DNA of 64,000 nucleotides from Bacteroidetes bacterium GWA2_32_17 (lineage in GTDB: Bacteria; Bacteroidota; Bacteroidia; Bacteroidales; GWA2-32-17), in contig MENF01000150.1 in the NCBI GenBank assembly GCA_001769035.1, positions 10,848-74,847 of the forward strand, read 5' to 3'. Position numbers and translations under genes: made by a program. The notes beneath the pieces are model-generated. The model did not search any database, was not told where the DNA came from, and saw only the letters and a list, made by a program, of their open reading frames with translations. This document shows, in pieces, positions 1 through 9,631 of the stretch (the first letter of the stretch is position 1; the number at the start of each line of letters is the position of its first letter).

Positions 1-1092
1 CTCGAAACATATAAATTTAAAGATATGAGTTCAGAGCAAATGCGCGATTATTTAAGTGTTCGTTCAGGAATAGATATGTCAGGATTTTTTAATAGTTGGG
101 TTTTTACTCCCGGATTTCCACATTTTTCGGTTGATTCGTTTGAAGTCGTTTCAAATACACCAAATTACGATGTAACTGTATATGCCCGCGAAAAAATGCG
201 TGGGCGAACAATTTATTCAAATAACAACCGTCTTGAAATAACTTTTATGGATAGTTTGTGGAATAAAACTTCTAAAATAATTGAAATTTCGGGTGGAACA
301 GGTATGGCTACGTTTTCAATTCCATTTAATCCTTTATGCGTATTTATGGATTTGTACGAAAAAACTGATGATGCTACAAGCGATATTTACAAAACTATTA
401 AAAACATTGGTTCTCTAACTTTCGACCAAACTTATTTTTCGGGTAATGTAACATCAGTTTCAGATTCTGCATTTATTAGAGTCGAGCATAATTGGGTAGC
501 TCCCGACGATTTTATAACTCACATTCCAGGTGTTCTGATTTCACGCGAAAGATATTGGAAAATTGATGGAATAATTCCAAGCAGCTTAGTTATGACAGGT
601 AAATTTTATTACAATAAAACTACTACTGCAAGTGGTTATTTAGATAATCAATTAATTACAAATGTTGCCGATTCCCTTGTTTTATTATACAGAAAAGGCA
701 CATGGGACGATTGGAAAATTATTCCGCATACCCTTATAGGAAACGACAACAATGGTTATATAAAAACAGATACTGTAAAAAAAGGCGAATATACATTAGG
801 TATCAGAGATTGGCAAATTTATAATAGTACAGGAATGCTTTATATGAATATCAATAATGAAATTAAAATAATTCCCAATCCTGCAAATAAATCGTGTACA
901 GTTAAATATGATTCAACTAATGGGGACCAACTTAATTTAATTAACTTTAATGGGCAAATTGTTAAAACAATTAATATTGAAAATAACAATGAAATAAATC
1001 TCTCACTATCAAATATAGATAAAGGTCTGTATTTTATTCAAATAAACAGAAGAAATGGAGAAAGTATAGTTAGTAGAATAGTTGTTAATTAG
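1..1092 (+). CDS. C-terminal part of a secreted M1-peptidase-like protein with a T9SS C-terminal sorting domain (5' end outside window)
   Basis: Frame 1 is open from base 1 (LETYKFKDMSS...), so the ATG at 25 is probably internal. FFNSWVFTPGFPHF resembles FFNQWIYGEGYPTF, which follows the catalytic core of the M1 peptidase at 56044-57990. The tail IIPNPANKSCTVKY...GLYFIQI...VSRIVVN fits the T9SS CTD pattern. Confidence 0.6.
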   Translation, partial: LETYKFKDMSSEQMRDYLSVRSGIDMSGFFNSWVFTPGFPHFSVDSFEVVSNTPNYDVTVYAREKMRGRTIYSNNNRLEITFMDSLWNKTSKIIEISGGTGMATFSIPFNPLCVFMDLYEKTDDATSDIYKTIKNIGSLTFDQTYFSGNVTSVSDSAFIRVEHNWVAPDDFITHIPGVLISRERYWKIDGIIPSSLVMTGKFYYNKTTTASGYLDNQLITNVADSLVLLYRKGTWDDWKIIPHTLIGNDNNGYIKTDTVKKGEYTLGIRDWQIYNSTGMLYMNINNEIKIIPNPANKSCTVKYDSTNGDQLNLINFNGQIVKTINIENNNEINLSLSNIDKGLYFIQINRRNGESIVSRIVVN

Positions 1093-1131
1093 CATAATAC
1101 ATTAGCGGTTTTATTTATACCAAAAATTGAA

Positions 1132-3471
1132 ATGTTGATTTATAAAAATAAAAAAATATTTTTTTTATTGATTTTAATTTTAATTTCTTCGAATATATAT
1201 ACTCAAGATTTAAAAATTATTGACTCGTTAAATAAAGTTATAATCATTTCAAAAGATATTAAAACTAAAATAGATTGTTACAATTTAATTGCTAAAGAAT
1301 ATATAACTAATTCAGCTTTTGACAGTATAAATTTTTATGCTAAAAAAGCTCTTGATTTATCAAAACAAATTAATTATGATAAAGGCATTGGAACAAGTTA
1401 TTCTAATATAGCTGCAATAGAATACGATAAAGGAAATAACGATAAAGCTTTAGAGTTATATTCAATTGGATTAAGATATTTCAGAAAAGCAAATTTTGAT
1501 ATAGGAATAGCAAGAATTTATACTTCATTAGGTAATATTTATATTAATTCGGGTAATTATTCAAAAGCTCTTAATACTTACATCAACTCGCAGAAAATAA
1601 TTGACAAACTATTAGATAAAGATTCTTCTTCAATCAATTTAAACCAAACAAAAGCCAATAATTTAAATAATCTTGGAAATGTATATTTCTATTTGAATAA
1701 CTATGACGAAGTATTAATTTATTATTTTGAAGCTTTTACTCTTTATAAAAAAATAAATGATAAAGCTGATATGGCAAATGCATTAAATAATATAGGGTTA
1801 ATTTATCGTGTTAAGGGAGAAACAGAGAAGTCTATTGATTTTAGAATGAAAGCTTTAGAAATTTTTAAAGAATTAAATAACATTGAGGGATTAGCTTATT
1901 GCAATATGGGATTAGGTAACTTATATTATGAAAGCAATCAACATGACAAATCAATAAATTTTTTCAATCAGGCATTAAAATACTTTAGACAAATGGATTC
2001 CAAAAAAGGAATCATAATGATTTATGTTAATTTCAGCGAAATATTTGCTCAACAAAAGCTTTTCTCAAAATCAATTGCATATTTAGATACAAGTTTAAAA
2101 TTGTCATTTGAAATTGGTAGTAATGATTTAAGAAAAGATATTTATAAAACTTATTCTGAAATTTATAAAAACAAAATGAATTATAAGTTATCATTAGAAT
2201 ATCAAACACTATATATAAACCTAAAAGATAGTATTTTAAATAATGATAATCAAAAGATTATAGCAGACATTCAAACAAAATATGATACTGAAAAGAAAGA
2301 AAAACAAATATTATTATTTAAACAGGAAAAAATTATTCGTGAAGCCGATTTATTAAAAAAATCTAAAGAAGTTCAAAAACAAAAATTTATAATTTATACA
2401 TTTATTTTTGGATTTATTATAATTATAATATTTTCTACATTGTTATATAAACAATTTCATGAAAAGAAAAAAGCATATACTCAATTAGAAATTAAAAATT
2501 CTGAAATTCTGCAAAAAAATGAAGAAATTTCTACCCAACGCGATGAAATAGAAGCCCAACGCGATGAAATTACAACTCAACGCGATTTGGTAACAATTCA
2601 AAAAGAACACATCGAAGAAATCCATAAAGAAGTTACCGACAGCATTAATTATGCAAAACGAATACAGGAAGCTGTTTTGCCTGTGAGCGATTCATCAAGG
2701 TCAATACTTGGCGAACATTTTATTTTATTTAAACCAAAAGATATTGTTTCGGGTGACTTCTACTGGGCAACTCAAATAACAACAATGGGGCATGCTCCAT
2801 TAACAACAAGGGGGCATGCCCACTTGTTAATTGTTGCAGTTGCCGATTGCACTGGTCATGGTGTACCAGGTGCATTTATGAGTATGCTGGGAATTAGTTT
2901 TCTAAATGAAATTGTGCTGAAAGAAGAAGTCCGTAAAGCAAATCAAATATTAAATCATTTAAGAAAAGAAATTATCAATGCACTTCAGCAAAAGGGAATT
3001 AGCGGTGAACAGAAAGACGGAATGGATATTTCACTGCTCGTTGTTAATACCGAAACAAAAGAGTGCCAGTGGGCAGGAGCTAATAATCCGCTTTATATAG
3101 TAAGCAGTATGCAGTCAGCCTTCGGCAATGAAATGCACGAACTGCCAACTGCCACTGCCTCCTGCCAACTATATGAGTTAAAGGGCGACAAAATGCCCAT
3201 AGCCATTTACGAACGTATGGATGACTTTACAAACCACGAATTTACTCTGCAAAAAGGCGATTGTGTTTATTTGTTTAGCGATGGGTATGCCGACCAGTTT
3301 GGTGGACCAAAAAGCAAAAAATTTATGTACAAACAATTAAAAGAATTACTTTTAATAAATTGCCAGAGACCAATGCAAGAGCAAAAAGAAACATTAGATG
3401 TAGCTATCGGAAAATGGAAAGGTGAAAAAGAACAAATAGATGATATTACTGTATTAGGTATAAAAATTTGA
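1132..3471 (+). CDS. TPR-repeat membrane protein with C-terminal SpoIIE/PP2C-type serine phosphatase domain (paralogue 1)
   Basis: N-terminal hydrophobic leader, multiple TPR-like units (NNLGNVY, NNIGLIY, MGLGNLY) and a single TM (IIYTFIFGFIIIIIFSTLLY). A coiled coil TQRDEIEAQRDEITTQRD follows, then GDFYW...ADCTGHGVPGAFMS...DGMD...DGYADQFGG...DDITVLGIKI. Confidence 0.85.
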   Translation: MLIYKNKKIFFLLILILISSNIYTQDLKIIDSLNKVIIISKDIKTKIDCYNLIAKEYITNSAFDSINFYAKKALDLSKQINYDKGIGTSYSNIAAIEYDKGNNDKALELYSIGLRYFRKANFDIGIARIYTSLGNIYINSGNYSKALNTYINSQKIIDKLLDKDSSSINLNQTKANNLNNLGNVYFYLNNYDEVLIYYFEAFTLYKKINDKADMANALNNIGLIYRVKGETEKSIDFRMKALEIFKELNNIEGLAYCNMGLGNLYYESNQHDKSINFFNQALKYFRQMDSKKGIIMIYVNFSEIFAQQKLFSKSIAYLDTSLKLSFEIGSNDLRKDIYKTYSEIYKNKMNYKLSLEYQTLYINLKDSILNNDNQKIIADIQTKYDTEKKEKQILLFKQEKIIREADLLKKSKEVQKQKFIIYTFIFGFIIIIIFSTLLYKQFHEKKKAYTQLEIKNSEILQKNEEISTQRDEIEAQRDEITTQRDLVTIQKEHIEEIHKEVTDSINYAKRIQEAVLPVSDSSRSILGEHFILFKPKDIVSGDFYWATQITTMGHAPLTTRGHAHLLIVAVADCTGHGVPGAFMSMLGISFLNEIVLKEEVRKANQILNHLRKEIINALQQKGISGEQKDGMDISLLVVNTETKECQWAGANNPLYIVSSMQSAFGNEMHELPTATASCQLYELKGDKMPIAIYERMDDFTNHEFTLQKGDCVYLFSDGYADQFGGPKSKKFMYKQLKELLLINCQRPMQEQKETLDVAIGKWKGEKEQIDDITVLGIKI
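2779..2826 (+). repeat. In-frame 24-nt tandem duplication inside the phosphatase domain (TTMGHAPL / TTRGHAHL)
   Basis: aacaacaatggggcatgctccatt and aacaacaagggggcatgcccactt match at 20/24. Paralogue 2 carries a single unit at 5172-5205. Confidence 0.8.
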
Positions 3472-3486
3472 TTCTAATTAAGGCAG

Positions 3487-5862
3487 ATGCAAAAACTTAT
3501 ACTTACAATTTATTTTAGCTTATTATTCATAATTACTAATTCGTATTGCTTTTCGCAGAATACTGAAAAAAGTAGTAAGCAAAGTCGAACTATAGATTCA
3601 TTACTTAATATCCTTAAAACTACAAAAGAAGATACAATTAAAGTAAGAACTTTTAATAAACTTTTTTTAGCCTATGAATTTGAAGATAGTAAAAAGGCTA
3701 AAGGGTTTGTAGATATGGCACTAATCTTATCTAAAAAGATTAATTATAAAAATGGTCTGGCTGATTCTTATATTTATTTAGGTTATTACTTTGAAGATAT
3801 TTGTAATTATCCTGAAGCAATTGAGAATTATTCAGCTTCTTTGAAAATATGCGAAGCAATGGGAGATAAATTTGGTATTGCTATTTCATATAATAATATT
3901 GGTAATATGTATTCTAATCAAGGTAAATACCCTGAAGCATTAAAAAATTATTTTGCTAGTTTAAAGATAAATGAAGAATTAAAAGATCAAGAAGGAATAT
4001 CAAATTGTTATAATAATATTGGAATTATTTACAGAAAACAAAAAAATTATTCTGAGGCTTTAAAAAATTATCTTGCTTGTTTAAAAATAAAAAAAGAAAT
4101 GAGCGACAAGAAAGGCATTGCTAGTTTATATAATAATATTGGATTAATTTATTTTTATCAAAATAAATATTCTGAGGCATTAAACAATTATTATATTTCA
4201 TTAAGAATGTCAGAAGAATTAGAAGATGATAATCGTATTGGCAATGCATATAACAATATTGGAGGTGTATTTTATGAACAGAAAAAATATAATGATGCAT
4301 TAACAAATTACTTTGCTTCCTTAAAAATAGGAGAAAATATTCATGATAAAGTAAGCATTTCAAGCTCCTTGGTTAATATTGGTGATGTTTATACAACCCT
4401 AAAGAAATATAACGAAGCAAAAGATTACCTGATTAAAGCAAAAGAATTATCAGCAGAAATAGGATATATAGAAAATTTGAGAATTACTTATTATTGTTTA
4501 TCTACTCTTGATAGTTCTAAAGCAGATTATAAAGGAGCGTACGAGAATCATAAATTATATATATTATATCGTGATAGTTTAGATAATGAAGAAACCAGAA
4601 AAAAAACTATTCAAACTCAAATGACATATGAATTTGAGAAAAAAGAAGCTGTCGCTTTTGCTGAACATAAAAAAGAGTTAGAAAACCAAAAAGCCCTGGC
4701 TAAAGAAAAAAGCAGAAAACAGAACATTGTTATATTGTTTGTTGTTTCGGGTCTGTTGTTGGTATTAATTTTTGCAGGATATATTTTCCGTTCATTAAGA
4801 ATTACCAAAAAACAGAAGAAAACTATTGAGGAACAGAAGGTCGAAGTAGATATGAAAAACCTGCAACTTAATCAGCAAAACGAAGAAATAAGAACCCAAC
4901 GCGATGAAATAGAAGCCCAGCGAGATGAAATTACAACTCAACGCGATTTGGTAACAATTCAAAAAGAACATATCGAAGAAATTCATAAGGAGGTTACCGA
5001 CAGTATTAATTATGCAAAACGAATACAGGAAGCTGTTTTACCTGACCTCTCCCTAACCCTCTCCAAAGGAGAGGGGAAAAGCCCTTCCCTTTGGGGAGGG
5101 TTGGATGGGGCTTTTATACTTTTCAAACCAAAAGATATTGTGTCGGGCGATTTTTACTGGACAACTCAAATAACAACAATGGGGCATGCCCCCTTGTTAA
5201 TTGTTGCAGTTGCCGACTGTACCGGACACGGTGTTCCGGGTGCCTTTATGAGTATGCTTGGAATTAGTTTTCTAAATGAGATTGTACGAAAACAAGAAGT
5301 AACACAAGCTAACCATGTATTAAATGAAATTAGAAAAGAAGTAATTAACGCTTTACAACAAAAAGGTGTTAGTGGTGAACAAAAAGATGGAATGGACATT
5401 TCGTTGCTCGTTGTTAATACTGAAACAAATGAATGTCAGTGGGCTGGAGCTAATAATCCGCTTTATATAGTAAGCAGTAGCCAGTCAGCGGTAAGCAGTA
5501 TGCAGTCAGCCTTCGGCAATGAAATGCACGAACTGCAAACTGCCACTGCCTTCTGCCAACTATATGAGTTAAAGGGCGACAAAATGCCCATAGCCATTTA
5601 CGAACGTATGGATGACTTTACAAACCATGAATTTAAAATCTCAAAAGACGATTGTCTCTATCTCTTTAGCGATGGCTTTGCCGACCAGTTTGGTGGACCC
5701 AAAGGCAAAAAATTTATGTATAAACAATTTAAGGAAATTTTGCTCACAAACTCTCAAAAACCAATGCAAGAGCAGAAAGAAATTTTAGAAAAAGCTATAA
5801 ATGAATGGATTGGTGTTGGTGAACAAATAGATGATATTACTGTATTAGGCATTAAAATATAA
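3487..5862 (+). CDS. TPR-repeat membrane protein with C-terminal SpoIIE/PP2C-type serine phosphatase domain (paralogue 2)
   Basis: Same architecture as paralogue 1: about 8 TPR units with NNIG..Y, a TM IVILFVVSGLLLVLIFAGYIF, the QRDEI coiled coil, ADCTGHGVPGAFMS, DGFADQFGG and DDITVLGIKI. It starts 15 nt after paralogue 1. Confidence 0.85.
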   Translation: MQKLILTIYFSLLFIITNSYCFSQNTEKSSKQSRTIDSLLNILKTTKEDTIKVRTFNKLFLAYEFEDSKKAKGFVDMALILSKKINYKNGLADSYIYLGYYFEDICNYPEAIENYSASLKICEAMGDKFGIAISYNNIGNMYSNQGKYPEALKNYFASLKINEELKDQEGISNCYNNIGIIYRKQKNYSEALKNYLACLKIKKEMSDKKGIASLYNNIGLIYFYQNKYSEALNNYYISLRMSEELEDDNRIGNAYNNIGGVFYEQKKYNDALTNYFASLKIGENIHDKVSISSSLVNIGDVYTTLKKYNEAKDYLIKAKELSAEIGYIENLRITYYCLSTLDSSKADYKGAYENHKLYILYRDSLDNEETRKKTIQTQMTYEFEKKEAVAFAEHKKELENQKALAKEKSRKQNIVILFVVSGLLLVLIFAGYIFRSLRITKKQKKTIEEQKVEVDMKNLQLNQQNEEIRTQRDEIEAQRDEITTQRDLVTIQKEHIEEIHKEVTDSINYAKRIQEAVLPDLSLTLSKGEGKSPSLWGGLDGAFILFKPKDIVSGDFYWTTQITTMGHAPLLIVAVADCTGHGVPGAFMSMLGISFLNEIVRKQEVTQANHVLNEIRKEVINALQQKGVSGEQKDGMDISLLVVNTETNECQWAGANNPLYIVSSSQSAVSSMQSAFGNEMHELQTATAFCQLYELKGDKMPIAIYERMDDFTNHEFKISKDDCLYLFSDGFADQFGGPKGKKFMYKQFKEILLTNSQKPMQEQKEILEKAINEWIGVGEQIDDITVLGIKI
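5045..5112 (+). repeat. GC-rich double-hairpin element lying in frame inside paralogue 2
   Basis: CCCTCTCC-aaa-GGAGAGGG (5057-5075, perfect 8-bp stem) and CCCTTCCC-ttt-GGGGAGGG (5082-5100, one mismatch). It encodes DLSLTLSKGEGKSPSLWGGLDGA, which is absent from paralogues 1 and 3. Confidence 0.8.
5470..5511 (+). repeat. In-frame 21-nt tandem duplication (gtaagcagtagccagtcagcg / gtaagcagtatgcagtcagcc)
   Basis: 18/21 identity. Paralogue 1 has one copy at about 3100-3120. Confidence 0.8.
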
Positions 5863-5871
5863 CTCATTAAA

Positions 5872-6735
5872 TTATGGAATTATATACTCATAATTATATC
5901 GGTCGAAGAGTTTTAGAATCGAAATTGGGTCATCAGTTTGCAAAATGTCAATTTTCTTTTTTATTGCTATTACGTTAGAATAATAATTGTTAGGAGTATA
6001 TGACATAATGTATAATCCTTTTTTGTGGGCGCTATCTGCATCAATTTCGAAATTTTCCATTTGTGTGCAAATTCCAAAAAACGAATTATTTATACAAGTG
6101 TCAATGTTTGCTTGGCTTACAACACCAGATAAAAAAAGTTTGTTTGTAAATCCTAACTGTCTGGCTTTTCTTAAATATTGTGCATTGCCTTCAATAAAAA
6201 CATTATCGCTCACATTGTATTTATCACAAATTCTTTTTATTGCTCTTAAAAGTTGATTTTGATACTCTTCGGGGTCTGCTACTAAATAGTCAATTTTACT
6301 GTCGAACGAAAAATATAAATTTGCAAGATTGTGTATATTGTTAAAAACATCATCAACTGAGCTAATAAAAATATTATTCTCTAAAGCATAATATTTGCAT
6401 TGTTTTATTTCTGCCCATGTAGATTCGTAAATTCTTCCATTGCAGGTAGTTGTTGAATTAAGTTCACCATCGTGAAAAAAAACTAAAATGCTATCTTTTG
6501 TTATTTGAACATCAACTTCGCAACCATCGGCACCAATTCCAATAGCTGGCACAATTGATTCATAAGTATTGCCTGGTTTTTTATAATACGAGCCCATACC
6601 TCTATGTCCAAGTATCATTATTTTGCTTCCAAAATAAGTATCGTCGGAGTTGTTTCTTTTTTCGCAACTAACAATAAATAATATTGAGAACATTGTTATG
6701 AAAAAAGCAAATGTTTTTTTAATATTAGAATGCAT
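5872..6735 (-). CDS. Glycerophosphodiester phosphodiesterase family lipoprotein
   Basis: Lipobox-like FIVSCEK. GDPD signature ILGHRGMG...GNTYESI...GADGCEVDVQITKDSILVFFHDGELNSTT. Confidence 0.8.
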   Translation of the reverse strand: MHSNIKKTFAFFITMFSILFIVSCEKRNNSDDTYFGSKIMILGHRGMGSYYKKPGNTYESIVPAIGIGADGCEVDVQITKDSILVFFHDGELNSTTTCNGRIYESTWAEIKQCKYYALENNIFISSVDDVFNNIHNLANLYFSFDSKIDYLVADPEEYQNQLLRAIKRICDKYNVSDNVFIEGNAQYLRKARQLGFTNKLFLSGVVSQANIDTCINNSFFGICTQMENFEIDADSAHKKGLYIMSYTPNNYYSNVIAIKKKIDILQTDDPISILKLFDRYNYEYIIP

Positions 6736-7444
6736 ATCCGATTTTTAAATTAGAAACCCACCAGAAGTTACAATTAGTACTTGTCCATTGTGCATCTAAT
6801 GACTTGATTGAAATTCGCCCGTTTTCAGACACATAATTAAATACTTTAGTTAAAAAAGATGTTTTTATTTCTAATGAAAAATGTTTTCCAAATTGATTTT
6901 CATATCCCAAACTTAATCCAACGCCTAATTTATTTTGATTATAACTATCGGAGTATCTGTCATTTGTTTGGGAATTATAATAAGTTAACTCTTTTTTGTA
7001 ATAACCAAAATCTAATACTATACTCGAAAAAAGTTTTTCGTTAGGATGATTTTTGAATGTATAAAAGTAATAATTATAACTTGGAATAATATGAAATCCA
7101 ATTATTAAAACATCCTGTTCAATTGAATACAAACCTTGTTGTTGATTAAAAAAATCGTAATATTTTATAAATTTATATTTATCGTAAAGTCCTGCATCAA
7201 TATAACAACTTACAGATGATTTTTTTAAAAATTCTTGTTCGTATTCACATCCAACTCTTATTTGAACACGGTTATCAAAAAAATCGTTATATAGTGGCAA
7301 TAAATCAATTTTTATGGATTTTTTATATAGCAAACTATCGGATTTTTCTTGTGAAAACGATTGTAAAATGAAACCCGAAATAATTGCTATCATTATTAAA
7401 TATTTCGCAAAAAATAAATTGTAAATATTTTGAATTTTTATCAT
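6725..7444 (-). CDS. Hypothetical outer-membrane beta-barrel-like protein
   Basis: Hydrophobic leader and a Y/F/G/N-rich alternating pattern. The C-terminus ...NLKIGYAF ends in Phe, as in OM barrels. An 11-nt overlap with the GDPD gene suggests an operon. No family recognised. Confidence 0.4.
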   Translation of the reverse strand: MIKIQNIYNLFFAKYLIMIAIISGFILQSFSQEKSDSLLYKKSIKIDLLPLYNDFFDNRVQIRVGCEYEQEFLKKSSVSCYIDAGLYDKYKFIKYYDFFNQQQGLYSIEQDVLIIGFHIIPSYNYYFYTFKNHPNEKLFSSIVLDFGYYKKELTYYNSQTNDRYSDSYNQNKLGVGLSLGYENQFGKHFSLEIKTSFLTKVFNYVSENGRISIKSLDAQWTSTNCNFWWVSNLKIGYAF

Positions 7445-7659
7445 TGTTAGTTTAGTGTAAATTGTTATTGTTAATTCAATAATTTAATTCAAAAATAAAC
7501 AATAACAGATAATAAAACAAAGTGATGAAATTATTTTAATCGTCATTTTTCGTTGCCTCAAGATGACAATTGATACTCGAAACGGATTAATATTTGTGCA
7601 AAGTCATTTAGTCTTTCTCAAATACAATGCTGATTAGGTTCTCGAAGTATGACTATAAA

Positions 7660-9447
7660 TTAATCTAACTTAAGCACTGCTAAAAATGCCGATTGTGGTA
7701 CTTCTACCGAGCCAATTTGTCGCATTCTTTTCTTTCCCTTTTTCTGTTTTTCGAGTAATTTGCGTTTACGCGAAATGTCACCACCATAACATTTTGCAAT
7801 AACGTCTTTTCTTAAAGGTTTAACAGTTTCGCGGGCAATAATTTTAGTACCAATAGCAGCTTGTATGGCAACTTCATATTGCTGACGAGGTATAAGTTCT
7901 TTTAATTTTTCGCACATTCTTCGTCCAAACGGATAGGCGTTATCGAAATGTATTAAAGTAGAAAGTGCATCAACCTGTTCGCTATTTAAAAGTATGTCGA
8001 GTTTTACTAATTTTGAAAGTTTGTAAACTGTTGGGTGATAATCGAATGAGGCGTAACCCTTAGAAATACTTTTAAGTTTATCATAAAAATCGAAAACAAT
8101 TTCGGCAAGTGGCATTTCGAAAGTAAGCTCAACTCTGTTAGTTGTTAAATAATTTTGACTTTGTAAAATACCGCGTTTATCAATACACAAATTCATTATT
8201 GCACCAACATATTCGGTTTTTGTAATTACCTGAGCTTTTATGTATGGTTCTTCAATGTAATCAATATAAGTAGGAGCCGGCAAACCCGAAGGATTGTGCA
8301 CATCAATAGTTTCGCCTTTTGTTGTAACAACTTTATATGAAACATTCGGTACGGTAGTTATAACATCCATGTCAAACTCACGATAAAGTCTTTCTTGCAC
8401 AATTTCCATGTGAAGCAACCCCAGAAAACCACCACGAAAACCAAAGCCAAGTGCAGCCGATGATTCGGGAATAAATGTTAACGAAGCATCATTTAACTGT
8501 AATTTTTCGAGCGATGCACGTAATTCTTCATATTCATCTGCATCAACAGGATAAATACCTGCAAAAACCATAGGTTTTACATTCTCGAAACCAGCTACAA
8601 CACTTGAGCAGGGGTTTTCAAAATGAGTAATTGTATCGCCAACCTTTACTTCTTTGGCATTTTTAATTCCCGAAATAATGTAGCCAACATCGCCGGTACT
8701 TAAAGTATCTTTTGGTTTAAGTTTTAATTTTAATACTCCTATTTCATCGGCATGATAATCATTTGCAGAATGAACAAATTTAACATGTTCACCTGTTTTA
8801 AGTGTTCCATTAATTATTCTGAAATATGCAATAATTCCTCTAAATGAATTAAAAACAGAATCAAAAATCAATGCTTGTAATGGACCATCTGGATTTCCTT
8901 TAGGAGCAGGAATTCGTTCAATAATTGCTTCTAAAACATTTTGCACACCATCCCCTGTTCTTGCACTTACTTCTAAAATTTCTTCACGTTTGCAACCTAA
9001 CAAATCAACAATCTGGTCTTTAACTTCATCGGGCATTGCCGAAGCCATATCCATTTTATTAAGAACAGGAATTACTTCAAGATTATGGTCAATTGCCTGA
9101 TATAAATTTGAAATAGTTTGTGCCTGAATTCCTTGTGTGGCATCAACAACTAATAAAGCACCTTCGCATGAAGCAATTGCACGTGAAACCTCGTAACTAA
9201 AATCAACGTGTCCAGGAGTGTCAATTAAATTAAGAATATATTTTTTGCCTTCATATTCGTAATTCATCTGAATAGCATGACTTTTTATTGTAATTCCGCG
9301 TTCACGTTCAAGTTCCATGTCATCTAAAACCTGAGCTTGCAGGTCTTTTCCTGTAACAGTTCCGGTAATTTCTAACAAACGGTCGGCAAGAGTACTTTTT
9401 CCATGGTCAATATGTGCTATAATGCAGAAATTACGAATATGTTCCAT
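7660..9447 (-). CDS. lepA: Translation elongation factor 4 (LepA)
   Basis: [34 protein letters not shown] and NKMD GTPase motifs. 595 aa with the characteristic LepA C-terminal region (...[21 protein letters not shown]...). Confidence 0.97.
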   Translation of the reverse strand: MEHIRNFCIIAHIDHGKSTLADRLLEITGTVTGKDLQAQVLDDMELERERGITIKSHAIQMNYEYEGKKYILNLIDTPGHVDFSYEVSRAIASCEGALLVVDATQGIQAQTISNLYQAIDHNLEVIPVLNKMDMASAMPDEVKDQIVDLLGCKREEILEVSARTGDGVQNVLEAIIERIPAPKGNPDGPLQALIFDSVFNSFRGIIAYFRIINGTLKTGEHVKFVHSANDYHADEIGVLKLKLKPKDTLSTGDVGYIISGIKNAKEVKVGDTITHFENPCSSVVAGFENVKPMVFAGIYPVDADEYEELRASLEKLQLNDASLTFIPESSAALGFGFRGGFLGLLHMEIVQERLYREFDMDVITTVPNVSYKVVTTKGETIDVHNPSGLPAPTYIDYIEEPYIKAQVITKTEYVGAIMNLCIDKRGILQSQNYLTTNRVELTFEMPLAEIVFDFYDKLKSISKGYASFDYHPTVYKLSKLVKLDILLNSEQVDALSTLIHFDNAYPFGRRMCEKLKELIPRQQYEVAIQAAIGTKIIARETVKPLRKDVIAKCYGGDISRKRKLLEKQKKGKKRMRQIGSVEVPQSAFLAVLKLD

Positions 9448-9631
9448 TTAATTTATTAAAATTTAAGAATTGCAAAGATAGTATTTTGAAACAAAGAAAA
9501 AAGCTTACATAAAACATTTATACATACTACTAATATATATATTTAAAGTGCAATAGATATTAAATAAAAAATTATGCACGTTGTTTTATTTTTGTAAAGT
9601 TAAAATATTTATTGTAGGTTTGAAAAAAAAT

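Noticed and set aside
9581-9631. N-terminal extensions given by the ORF track (9581, 16159, 45568, 51644, 52711, 38222)
   Set aside because: Each extension starts at a non-ATG codon, overlaps the upstream gene or a repeat arm, or has an in-frame ATG downstream. In most cases that ATG is followed by a proper signal peptide or conserved N-terminus. The shorter models were used.
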